A stretch of DNA of 64,000 nucleotides, taken from a bacterium (GTDB lineage: Bacteria > Patescibacteriota > Minisyncoccia > Phycocordibacterales > UBA12088). The stretch spans positions 24,242 to 88,241 of the forward strand of contig QKEV01000015.1 of assembly GCA_003252295.1 (NCBI GenBank), read 5' to 3'. The notes below the pieces were generated by a model, which was not told where the DNA came from, ran no database searches, and was given only the letters and a program-made list of their open reading frames with translations. Shown in pieces: positions 40,904 to 49,571 of this stretch. A program made the translations under genes and the position numbers. Every line of letters begins with the position of its first letter. Positions within the stretch are counted from its first letter, which is position 1.

Positions 40904-40940
40904 AGGGGAACGGGAATAGAACTTTTGTTATACTTTGCGT

Positions 40941-41489
40941 ATGAAAGCACCAAATATTGAAACAAACTCTTACCTAATAAGACCCTTTAAAACTAGCGAT
41001 GCGGAACTATGGCAGAAGTGGGATATAGACCCAGAAGTTCAGGCATTTATGCCTGAACCATTTAATGAAGTGCAAGATATTGAAGAGCAATACAAATACA
41101 TTGAAGAATGTGAAGCTGATGAAGAAGGGTGCTACTGGTCAATTGAGACTAAAAACGGAACTACTATCGGTACGGTGGCACTTACAGAGATCAATGAGTA
41201 TCACAAAATTGCCAACCTTGGTATAGTGATCGGTGATAAAAACCACTGGGGCAAGGGAGTTGCAACTGAGGTAATTACTGCCATAGTTGCACACGCATTT
41301 GAACAACTACATCTTTGCAGGATCAGTGCTGAAGTTGAAGAAGGGAACGTGGGAATGATAAAGGTTTTTAAAAAGGTTGGGTTTAAACAAGATGGACTTT
41401 TGGAATCAGCACGTCTGAAGAATACAAAACGTATCAATGTCCACCATTTTGGTTTTGTTAAACCTTCATGCAAAGTTAAATCAAAATAA
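40941..41489 (+). CDS. RimJ/RimL-type GNAT acetyltransferase
   Basis: IGTVAL, LGIVIG...WGKGVATE, N......KKVGF. Confidence 0.88.
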   Translation: MKAPNIETNSYLIRPFKTSDAELWQKWDIDPEVQAFMPEPFNEVQDIEEQYKYIEECEADEEGCYWSIETKNGTTIGTVALTEINEYHKIANLGIVIGDKNHWGKGVATEVITAIVAHAFEQLHLCRISAEVEEGNVGMIKVFKKVGFKQDGLLESARLKNTKRINVHHFGFVKPSCKVKSK

Positions 41490-41646
41490 TCAGATTACTT
41501 TTCCCTCCATCGCCCGAATGAACATCAACTGATTGTACATGCCCGTCATGTACTTTCCGTCACCCAGAATGCTTATAATAGCGTCATGTTCGCGGAGCTT
41601 GATAAAGCACGTTCAGAAATGAACGTGCTTTTGGTATAGTTTGGGT

Positions 41647-42441
41647 ATGGAAGCGATACTTATAACAATAGGACTATTTGTCAGAACCATACAACTACTA
41701 TTACCTGGTTTCTCAAAAATTGATGTTGCAAATATCTTTATTGCAATCGTTGCTGGATTATTTCTTGCGGGCAAGGCAGGAGCAATATTAGCTTTTCCAT
41801 TTGGTTTTGCCCTAATTATTGCTTTATTTTATAAAAATAAAATTTTACCAACAATTACCGAAGGGACTTTATTTTTATACGCTGTAGTTGCAACATATAT
41901 TGCTGTCAGGGACATTGAGTCATTTTCAGCACTATCTAGCACTTATTTAATATTGCTTTTGTTTCTTTCACTTTACGTACTTGTGGGTTTTTACCTTTGT
42001 GTAACAAAAACGAAAGTGCCATCCTTTTTGCAAATCATTTTAATGGTATTTTTTCTTTCAAATGCAATTTATATCGCGTACCAAAGTAGTCTAGTGTTTC
42101 TCATTACTGATAGTTCACCTTTAACACATTTATTGATTGGATATTTTGGTCTCTATTTTATAAGTCACATTTTGTATATCCTCGCCTTAATCCCACTTCC
42201 TGGGAAACATCAATCTTTTAAAGATAGGATGAAAGAGGTGAGAAAACACGCTCAATTCCTAGAAAAGAAATATTCGGATAAAGATATCAATATTAAAAAT
42301 ACTCTAGGTCTTGTTGCTGTAATTATATTGGCCTTCTCCTATAATTATTTCTACAATGATTGGATTACTAGTGTTGTATTACTCCTTATTATAGGTGGCT
42401 ACTTAGCCGCACCAAATAATTTTAAGTTATTAAGCAAATAA
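41647..42441 (+). CDS. multi-pass membrane hypothetical protein
   Basis: AT-rich ORF with many hydrophobic segments. Confidence 0.7.
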   Translation: MEAILITIGLFVRTIQLLLPGFSKIDVANIFIAIVAGLFLAGKAGAILAFPFGFALIIALFYKNKILPTITEGTLFLYAVVATYIAVRDIESFSALSSTYLILLLFLSLYVLVGFYLCVTKTKVPSFLQIILMVFFLSNAIYIAYQSSLVFLITDSSPLTHLLIGYFGLYFISHILYILALIPLPGKHQSFKDRMKEVRKHAQFLEKKYSDKDINIKNTLGLVAVIILAFSYNYFYNDWITSVVLLLIIGGYLAAPNNFKLLSK

Positions 42442-42568
42442 TTTATTTTACTCAATTCAACCTCTATCTTTTTCCAATTCAGAGTTCTGAACTTGTCCAG
42501 CACGGGAGCAATAAGAAAAAACAGTATCGTCTTGATACTGTTTTTTCTTATCTCGCTATCATGGTCAC

Positions 42569-42651
42569 GGACTCGAACCTATGGACCACATTTTCAAGGA
42601 GTGGAGCGACCATGAAAATGTAGGATCTCGACCATAGGGAGAGGCGAGTCC
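42569..42651. repeat. nested palindromic element abutting a tRNA 3' end copy
   Basis: ggactcg/cgagtcc, cctatgg/ccatagg and cattttca/tgaaaatg nested stems. Confidence 0.65.
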
Positions 42652-42687
42652 TGCTTGTGCGTCGAAACGAAGTGAAGGAGTGCCCGC

Positions 42688-42725
42688 GGAGCAATTGACA
42701 ATACCACTATCTAGTGGTATTGTTT
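42688..42725 (+). promoter_or_regulatory. 38-bp repeat with TTGACA-N17-TATTGT promoter inside a hairpin, copy 1
   Basis: ggagcaattgacaataccactatctagtggtattgttt, identical at 43325-43362; partial at 44021-44037. Confidence 0.7.
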
Positions 42726-42755
42726 GTTTAGTTAGCCTTTTGAAAAGGAGGAAGG

Positions 42756-43172
42756 ATGGAAACAATATATGCGATACTAAAAACATTAAAAAGTTTTGGG
42801 TCAGCAAAAGATGTTCCTTTTAGAAAAAGGTCACCTCAGGAAATCATCAGCTCGGGAGTATTTAGTGGATGTTCTGATGTAGCACTTGCTTTTGCGTATC
42901 TGTGCAAGAGTTCAGAGATAAGGGTTCATATTGTTGATACTTTTGACAAAATAATGTTCTCCAAAACCCTAGGTATGGAAGGTATAACAGGGCATGTGTA
43001 TTGTCAGGTATTTAATTCCGATGACACCTGGGTCATGGTTGACCCAACAGTAGGTGCCGTTGATGTTGATATCTGCTCGGATGGACGTGTCCCTATTGTG
43101 TCATACCTAGACAACAGTAAGCTCCTTTCATATGAAGAACTGTGTTTTATAAAAAGTACCTTTCAGGACTAG
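42756..43172 (+). CDS. transglutaminase-like (Cys-His-Asp) domain protein
   Basis: GCSDVALAF, GHVY, WVMVDPT. Confidence 0.7.
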   Translation: METIYAILKTLKSFGSAKDVPFRKRSPQEIISSGVFSGCSDVALAFAYLCKSSEIRVHIVDTFDKIMFSKTLGMEGITGHVYCQVFNSDDTWVMVDPTVGAVDVDICSDGRVPIVSYLDNSKLLSYEELCFIKSTFQD

Positions 43173-43324
43173 CCCGCCCACAACGAAAACCGTTGGAGGG
43201 CGGTTTTCTTTTTATGCAAAGGAGTTCTGAACTACTCTATTTTTAAATAACTCAAAAAACATACCTTGTTTCAATTCACGTTGTATTCTCTTCCAGTTCA
43301 CAGTTCTGAACTTGTCCAGTACGG

Positions 43325-43362
43325 GGAGCAATTGACAATACCACTATCTAGTGGTATTGTTT
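43325..43362 (+). promoter_or_regulatory. 38-bp promoter/hairpin repeat, copy 2
   Basis: Identical to 42688-42725. Confidence 0.7.
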
Positions 43363-43428
43363 TGTTTGGCTAAAGTCTGTTCCTACGGTAATTGAATCAC
43401 AAATCATTTAGCATGCTTGGAGGAATAA

Positions 43429-43938
43429 ATGAAAAGTATAGAATATACTGAAATTGCTGGTCATGATAATCTGAATAAGTTTTTAAACGACAGAAATAAA
43501 ATTATCTTAGAATGCAACGATGCGATTCGTAAAGTTGCTAACAAGTTAATTATCAAAGCGAAAGATGAAAGGATTACACTCTGCCGGTTACCTTTGAAAG
43601 CAGTGTTGTTTCGCACAAAAGAAGACCGTGAAGCTAAACGTAATAACACTTTCATCAACTATGGTGAGTATCATGTGGATGAACTTGAACTGTATTACGT
43701 GGAATTTTTTGTACACAACGAAGCAAGAGTTGCTGGCAATATAGGACTCATTATTTCTGGAAAACAGCCAGATCGAACTACAGGTGATTTTAGTTATATT
43801 TGTGGTTTCGAGGATTTTGATTACGTTGATTTGTCATGGGGAAAGAACTGGTTCTTTTTAAACAAAAATGACTATTTTACGTTTAAGGAAGTAGTCTTGA
43901 ATTTTAAAAAGGAACTACCCTCTTGCGTAGTGCAGTAA
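43429..43938 (+). CDS. hypothetical protein
   Basis: 169-aa ORF with SD ggagga and downstream hairpin. Confidence 0.65.
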   Translation: MKSIEYTEIAGHDNLNKFLNDRNKIILECNDAIRKVANKLIIKAKDERITLCRLPLKAVLFRTKEDREAKRNNTFINYGEYHVDELELYYVEFFVHNEARVAGNIGLIISGKQPDRTTGDFSYICGFEDFDYVDLSWGKNWFFLNKNDYFTFKEVVLNFKKELPSCVVQ

Positions 43939-44125
43939 AATACGTACAAAAAACCTGTCTAGTAGCCTGTCTCTGGACAGGTTACTTTTTATATACACGT
44001 TCGAACATCGTCCCACGCTCGGAGCAATTGACAATACAGTAGTAAAATGACATTGTTAATTTTGGATAATTTCTGTTTTTTACTATGTAATAAATTTAAA
44101 AAACTTTTGAAAACATGAGGTTGTT

Positions 44126-44296
44126 ATGAATCGACGAAGTGACAAGTTTTGTGCTCCACCACCAACATCTCGTTCCTATCCAGGTAAGGGTAGTTATCAG
44201 ATGGAATGTTTAAGGCGCAACGCAATAATCAAACTTCAGTTTGTTGTTGTAGCAGTTGTCATAGTAGCTATTTTGGTTACCCTGCCTTTTTTGTAA
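44126..44296 (+). CDS. 56-aa protein with C-terminal TM
   Basis: MNRRSDKF...FVVVAVVIVAILVTLPFL; SD gaggt; hairpin at 44334-44366. Confidence 0.55.
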   Translation: MNRRSDKFCAPPPTSRSYPGKGSYQMECLRRNAIIKLQFVVVAVVIVAILVTLPFL

Positions 44297-44390
44297 GTTT
44301 TGGTCGTTTGTATGTTTGTAGACAGAAACTATTAAGCCGCTTAGGAAGATGTAATCCAAGCGGCTTTAATTTGTAAAATATAACTGAATA

Positions 44391-44433
44391 ATGGGGTCTG
44401 ACCCCGTTTCATAAAAGGTGACTGACCCCTTTT
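44391..44433. repeat. pair of short REP-like palindromes
   Basis: ggggtctgacccc and aaaaggtgactgacccctttt. Confidence 0.45.
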
Positions 44434-44647
44434 TTCCTTGCTGTTTCTCTCTAACAAGGACCAGGAAAATTTTCTGGCCCTTTTGCGTTACAAGTGTCTT
44501 AGGGGTAAACCGCTTTGTTTAATCAATGAATGAACATGCCATGCCTGCCCGGCACCCTTTGTGGTGTCTCGGGGCATGTTCATTGGATGCTGCGGAGCTT
44601 GATAAAAAAACATATAAAATAAATGTTATTGGTGTATTATAGGATAT

Positions 44648-44776
44648 ATGAAATTTGAAGAAGTGCATTACCAAGAGCCGGTTCCAGAAATGGAAAGTTT
44701 TGAAAAAGTTGACGACTTTCTTGAAAATGAAGAAGGGGTCCTTGCAACTCTTCGTAAAAAAACAAAAAAGAGGTGA
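44648..44776 (+). CDS. 42-aa small protein
   Basis: MKFEEVHYQEPVPEMESFEKVDDFLENEEGVLATLRKKTKKR; its stop overlaps the SD of the next gene. Confidence 0.45.
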   Translation: MKFEEVHYQEPVPEMESFEKVDDFLENEEGVLATLRKKTKKR

Positions 44777-44780
44777 TAAC

Positions 44781-44948
44781 TTGGAAGCAGTAAATGTAGA
44801 ACACAAAGAAGATTTAGTTCTTGGTTTTGTTGGACCTCTAACTGATGAATTTTCTTCACAGATGCAACCGCACAATGCAGAAAATTTTGGCTGCGTAGAC
44901 TGTATTGATTGTGTATGTGATGTAGGTCCTTGCGATTGCGACACTTAA
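44781..44948 (+). CDS. 55-aa peptide with Cys/Asp-rich C-terminus
   Basis: TTG after gaggtg; ends GCVDCIDCVCDVGPCDCDT; hairpin at 44972-44998. Confidence 0.6.
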   Translation: MEAVNVEHKEDLVLGFVGPLTDEFSSQMQPHNAENFGCVDCIDCVCDVGPCDCDT

Positions 44949-45032
44949 GTCGCTTAAAAGTTAATCTCAACATACTGGCCATTTTCTTTGGCCAGTATTA
45001 TTTTATAATCAAATAAACATTTTAAAAAGATA

Positions 45033-45722
45033 ATGAGCAAGGTCATATTTGGCACTAATAAAGACAAAGATTTCAGAAACCATCTTATACAGCTGAGATG
45101 GCGAAATAAAACTGGTTTTACGTATTCTCCAGCAGAAAGTGAGTACTTTGATTCTCTGGAGAGATGTAAGGATGAGCTTGAGCAATGGAAGCTGTTTGAA
45201 GATTACTCACGTGAGTATTATTTGGAGGACAATAAACAGACAATTAATTCTGTTTTAAGTTATTTTCAAACATTGTGGAATAATGTTGAAGAAGTGTATG
45301 TTAAAAAAATGGAAGAAATGCACAATAAAGTATTTCCTTACAAAACAGTTTATGGTTATTTGTCTACGTCGCCAGGTGGCTGGGGCTTCAATTTAAATAA
45401 AAAAAACCCTTGGTTTGCATGTCCCAATAAAAAGAATGACAAGTTCCTAAAAGTTGCAATGCATGAACTCATGCATGGTTTTTTTATTGAATATTTTAGA
45501 GATGACTTAAAAGAAAAATACCGTTTAACTGACAACAAACTTTGGGATATTCAAGAGTCATTAACGGTGCTTCTAAATATTGAATTAGGTGATATTCTGC
45601 CTCACAAAGACTTGGGGTATCCACAACACAAAGAGTTACGCGAAGAAGTTAAGTCGGTATGGTTAGAGACAAGTGATATTGATGAGGTCCTGCGACGTGC
45701 AAGTCAATTTACTAAAGGGTAA
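45033..45722 (+). CDS. HEXXH-motif putative zinc metallopeptidase-fold protein
   Basis: HELMH followed by downstream E (IQESLT). Confidence 0.7.
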   Translation: MSKVIFGTNKDKDFRNHLIQLRWRNKTGFTYSPAESEYFDSLERCKDELEQWKLFEDYSREYYLEDNKQTINSVLSYFQTLWNNVEEVYVKKMEEMHNKVFPYKTVYGYLSTSPGGWGFNLNKKNPWFACPNKKNDKFLKVAMHELMHGFFIEYFRDDLKEKYRLTDNKLWDIQESLTVLLNIELGDILPHKDLGYPQHKELREEVKSVWLETSDIDEVLRRASQFTKG

Positions 45723-45902
45723 TACCTTTGACTATTTTGTTTATACAAACGAAATGTGTTTGTAATTATTAAAAACTAATTTTAGTTGTTCTCTAACGAT
45801 AAATTTTGTTGTTGTAATGCTGATGCAACAGGACTTCTTTCCAGTTTTCTTTCCCATTCTACCCAGTTCACGTTTATAAAGGTGCTTAGGTGTTGGAGCC
45901 CT

Positions 45903-45938
45903 TAGAAAAGCACTATTCTTAGTGCTTTTCTGCGTATA
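45903..45938 (+). repeat. 36-bp direct repeat, copy 2
   Basis: Identical to 40868-40903. Confidence 0.9.
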
Positions 45939-46050
45939 GGGGGAACAGGATTTGAACCATACTAAATACTATATAGTAAATATAACAATATTATGCTAAA
46001 ACACAGGTAGAAAAATAAATGACCACAATACCTAATATCAAATATGGAGG

Positions 46051-47232
46051 TTGTTGCATATGCAAACTGATCAAGTTTTGTCGGCACTGTACGAGTGTTT
46101 TCGTGGGAAGGGTTGGAGGTTATATACCTGCACTACATGTAATAATCTCATTTTCTCAAAAAATGCGAAAACACTTTGTTGGAGAAGGAAAGAATGTGGG
46201 CAAGAAAAAAAGTTTTTGTCATTACCAAAACAGAAAGCGATGGTAGTTCCGGGGCAAATCAAGGATGTAATAGAAAAAGCTGCTACAAAAAAGGGTTACA
46301 ATCGCGTGGAAAGTATTCCACTTACCGCTAACCATGGGAAAACAGATTTAATTATTGCTGGTGTACAGCTGTATAACGATGTAATTCATGGGAAAGCAAT
46401 ACAATCTTGCTTTCCTGACCGTTGTGTAATATCTCAACCGTGTGTACGGATGCAGTTTGCTGATAAGGTTGGTAAAGTAGATGGTATTTCGACCGCATTT
46501 GTAAACACATGTACCGAGCACGTTGGAGCTACGGTTGTCGAACATGCATTTGCCGTGGATTTTTGGCTAGACGTGCTTTCATGCCTTGGTTTGCATGTGT
46601 GTGATGTGTCGCTGGTATATCGTACAAAGAAACGAAATTGGGGGACAGGTGATTTTCTTTCCCATGATTTATTTTTTATGTATGGTGATTTAGAACTGGG
46701 TGATGCTTCCTATGCAGTTGTCCCAACTAGGTGTGCAGGTGGTTCAGGGGTATTGCAGATTAGTGACGTAGGCTTTGGGGTAGAACGAATCGGATGGGCA
46801 ATCAATAAAACTGATACGTACTATGACGTGTTACAACCATGGGACATGCAGTATACGACAGAAGTTAACGATCTGTACCGTACACTTACGTTACTTGCTA
46901 TGACCGGTGTTAAACCTGGACCAAAAGGTGCAGGGTTACAGTTTCGTCGCCTTGCAAAACAATTATACCTTCTGACTCCAAACATCTTTTCATTTGGTCT
47001 TGTAAGTTACTATTTTCGGTATTGGGGTTCGTTTACGACATGTCTTTGTGGATTAGAAGTTTCTTCTTCTGTAATTTCTCGCGAGTATGATAGGTTGCGT
47101 AACAATGGGATCGCAAGTAACAATAATTGGCCTGCCCCAAAAAATGATGAGAGTACAGAAGAATACCTTGAAAGAATGGTGTATAGTAAAATAGTAACTC
47201 CCAGTGAGTTGCGTAAGATGTACACACCATGA
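46051..47232 (+). CDS. stand-alone alanyl-tRNA synthetase-like class II catalytic domain protein with N-terminal Cys cluster
   Basis: AGVQ, QPCVR...D.VG, STAF, DVGFGVERI resemble AlaRS motifs 2/3; no editing domain; likely ATG at 46060. Confidence 0.72.
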   Translation: MLHMQTDQVLSALYECFRGKGWRLYTCTTCNNLIFSKNAKTLCWRRKECGQEKKFLSLPKQKAMVVPGQIKDVIEKAATKKGYNRVESIPLTANHGKTDLIIAGVQLYNDVIHGKAIQSCFPDRCVISQPCVRMQFADKVGKVDGISTAFVNTCTEHVGATVVEHAFAVDFWLDVLSCLGLHVCDVSLVYRTKKRNWGTGDFLSHDLFFMYGDLELGDASYAVVPTRCAGGSGVLQISDVGFGVERIGWAINKTDTYYDVLQPWDMQYTTEVNDLYRTLTLLAMTGVKPGPKGAGLQFRRLAKQLYLLTPNIFSFGLVSYYFRYWGSFTTCLCGLEVSSSVISREYDRLRNNGIASNNNWPAPKNDESTEEYLERMVYSKIVTPSELRKMYTP

Positions 47233-47918
47233 AAAAACAAAAACTAAAGCTATACTTGTCTGGGGGTGGTGACGAAACACAGTCATTCGCCCTCGACAAG
47301 CTTTTTTTTACTTCAATTCCTGAAAATGGAAAGGTTTTGTATATACCTATAGCTTTACGTGGTCACAAACTCTTTTTAAATGCACATATGTGGTTTTCTG
47401 GTGTAGTAAAGAAACATGGTCGTGATGATATACAGGTTGTGCGTTGTGATGATGTTGACACAATAACAATTAAGAAAATATCTCTGTATGATGCTGTGTA
47501 TATAGGTGGAGGAAATACTTGGTCACTTATAAAAGAAGTATCTGAAGCTGGTTTTGATGAAGTGTTAAAAAAATATATAACAGAAGGAGGGGTGGTATAC
47601 GGCGGGAGTGCTGGTGCAATTCTTCTTGGCACTTGTATTGATACAAGTGATGATGAAAATGTTGTGAAATGGAATAATATAAATGGATTAGATCTTATTT
47701 CTCCTTACTCAGTGGTTTGTCACTATACGGAAGTCATGGAGAAACGATATTCTGGTTGGGCAAACAAACATGGACCTATTATTTGCATTCCTGAAAATGC
47801 AGGGATGTACACAGAAGGTAACAGTTTGGTAAATTGTGGTAACGGTATGATAACCGTTTTTGATACTTCTGGAAAAAAAATAGAATACTCTGCAAATGAG
47901 TGCTTAATGTTCGAATAA
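47229..47918 (+). CDS. peptidase S51 (dipeptidase E-like)
   Basis: YIPIA, YIGGGNT, GGSAGA, CHY; overlaps the upstream stop (ATGA). Confidence 0.85.
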   Translation: MKKQKLKLYLSGGGDETQSFALDKLFFTSIPENGKVLYIPIALRGHKLFLNAHMWFSGVVKKHGRDDIQVVRCDDVDTITIKKISLYDAVYIGGGNTWSLIKEVSEAGFDEVLKKYITEGGVVYGGSAGAILLGTCIDTSDDENVVKWNNINGLDLISPYSVVCHYTEVMEKRYSGWANKHGPIICIPENAGMYTEGNSLVNCGNGMITVFDTSGKKIEYSANECLMFE

Positions 47919-47968
47919 ACTGTAAAAGCACTTCGGGTATCGAAGTGCTTTTATTGTCAAACCAGTTC

Positions 47969-49225
47969 TCAGTAAAGGATGCATTTACCTTCAATGATTT
48001 CCTGAGAAAGAACAGAAAGGTTTTTCATAGTATCAATGTAAATATCTTTCACTGTATCTTCGTGCCTCCCGAGTAGTTTGGGTCTGTTTATTTCTATAGA
48101 AGCCATCCAAGGATCATCCAGGTTTCTGCCCATCTGGGATGTGATAAACACCTTACATTCTGTGTTTATTGCATTGAATACATTGTCCGCAATTCTTTGT
48201 GCTGCTGCTGTGTACAGTTTTCCAACATGGTAAATAGGATTTTTGCCACAACATGCCTCCATACTCATGTTTCTTGTAAACGGGATAATGCCGTTATGTC
48301 GGTTCCCTCGACCTACCACACCTTCGTCACCGCTTTCGATGGCACTTCCTATGGCAGTTAAGTAAAAATCTTGACGAGCCGCATTATCACGAGTATTTAA
48401 CTCAACTGAGTAGTTGTAGTACGGATACATTGTCTTTGCGTGTCCCAGTATTATCTCTGAAACCTCTTGAAGAGATTTGCGATAAAAAACCAGGGAGTTT
48501 GTATACGCAGCGACAAATGGTATACATGCGGTGATTTTTACGTTTCTGCCATTTCTTACTGACATAACCTTGATGTCAGTACCAACATAAGGATGCTCCT
48601 TTTTAAAACCCTTAAATTCGTTGAGTTGGTTTTCGATAGCAATGGTAAGTAGTTCTATTTCGCTTAACGGAGCATACGCCACAGCAGTTGAAGTGTCGTT
48701 GGAGCGGAGATCATTGTCGTGATAACGGGCAAATTTTATGTTCGGTACTGTAAAAAAATGCCCGCGTTCATTTTTTGTATTACCGTCCTTGCTATGTACA
48801 ACCCCCGGTCCGGGTGCCATATGAGTGTTGTCAATAATTGTTAGCCATTGTTCAACGTCAAGGAGCGGCATTACAGCTTTAAAGTGTTTCTTTGCAGCAT
48901 TGCTCGCGATATCAAGATAAGGTACCTCGCGTCCTTCAAAGTCTTTAGTAAAACGACAGTTCAGGTATAGGTGTATCGGACGTTCCATAAATCCTTTACC
49001 AAACTGAACGTGTGAGGCTCCTCCAGCAAGTGCAATTTTGTCCACCATGTGTCGTAACACCACACCGTGTTCATTAAGAGTGTATTGTGAATATGCCTGT
49101 GAAATTTTTTCAGCAATTGTGTCACAGAGTGTGTCTGGGTGACCTATTCCCTTTCGTTCCACCACCTCAAACGGTGTTTCTGAGCAAAGTGTGTTTTGTT
49201 GAGCAATAACTGTAAAATTGTTCAT
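47969..49225 (-). CDS. archaeal-type S-adenosylmethionine synthetase
   Basis: EVVERKGIGHPDTLCD, NDTS, GTDIKVM, ESGDEGVVGRGNR, GKNPIYHVGKLY. Confidence 0.88.
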   Translation of the reverse strand: MNNFTVIAQQNTLCSETPFEVVERKGIGHPDTLCDTIAEKISQAYSQYTLNEHGVVLRHMVDKIALAGGASHVQFGKGFMERPIHLYLNCRFTKDFEGREVPYLDIASNAAKKHFKAVMPLLDVEQWLTIIDNTHMAPGPGVVHSKDGNTKNERGHFFTVPNIKFARYHDNDLRSNDTSTAVAYAPLSEIELLTIAIENQLNEFKGFKKEHPYVGTDIKVMSVRNGRNVKITACIPFVAAYTNSLVFYRKSLQEVSEIILGHAKTMYPYYNYSVELNTRDNAARQDFYLTAIGSAIESGDEGVVGRGNRHNGIIPFTRNMSMEACCGKNPIYHVGKLYTAAAQRIADNVFNAINTECKVFITSQMGRNLDDPWMASIEINRPKLLGRHEDTVKDIYIDTMKNLSVLSQEIIEGKCILY

Positions 49226-49571
49226 CGTATCTCTCCTTTAGGTTTCCTTGATTGTGAGCTTCTCTTTTCTGCACCTGTAATAACACGTTTATTTTACTAT
49301 TTCAATAGTAGAGCTTTGTCTTCGGTAAGTGCAATACATAAACTTTGTATATTTTTTTGCACTGTCTTTCACTTCACAGTTCTGAACTTGTCCAAGAGTG
49401 GGAGTAAAGAGATTAAGCACCAGAAATGGTGCTTTTTAATATCAGCTTAAAAATTACGATATATTGACAAAATAGATATTTATGATTATATATCAAAGGT
49501 TTTGTCATGGTGACACTTTCATGGAGATGGTGCACCACTTTTCAAAAAACATATAGAAAAAGGGGAAACAC

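Larger units (their letters stand above)
40864..49440. mobile_element. tRNA-Asn-anchored island of stacked integration remnants (no integrase left)
   Basis: Repeated degenerate tRNA 3' ends near 41591, 42500, 42681, 43320, 44015, 44592, 45895 and 49395 separating cargo genes, several of them visibly AT-rich. Confidence 0.72.

Noticed and set aside
44655-44948. 97-aa ORF as given in the ORF track
   Set aside because: SD placement favours two small ORFs, 44648-44776 and 44781-44948.
40864-49440. CRISPR array or classical integron
   Set aside because: The repeats are irregularly spaced hundreds to thousands of bp apart. No cas or intI gene is present, and no clear RYYYAAC...GTTRRRY attC structure was seen.
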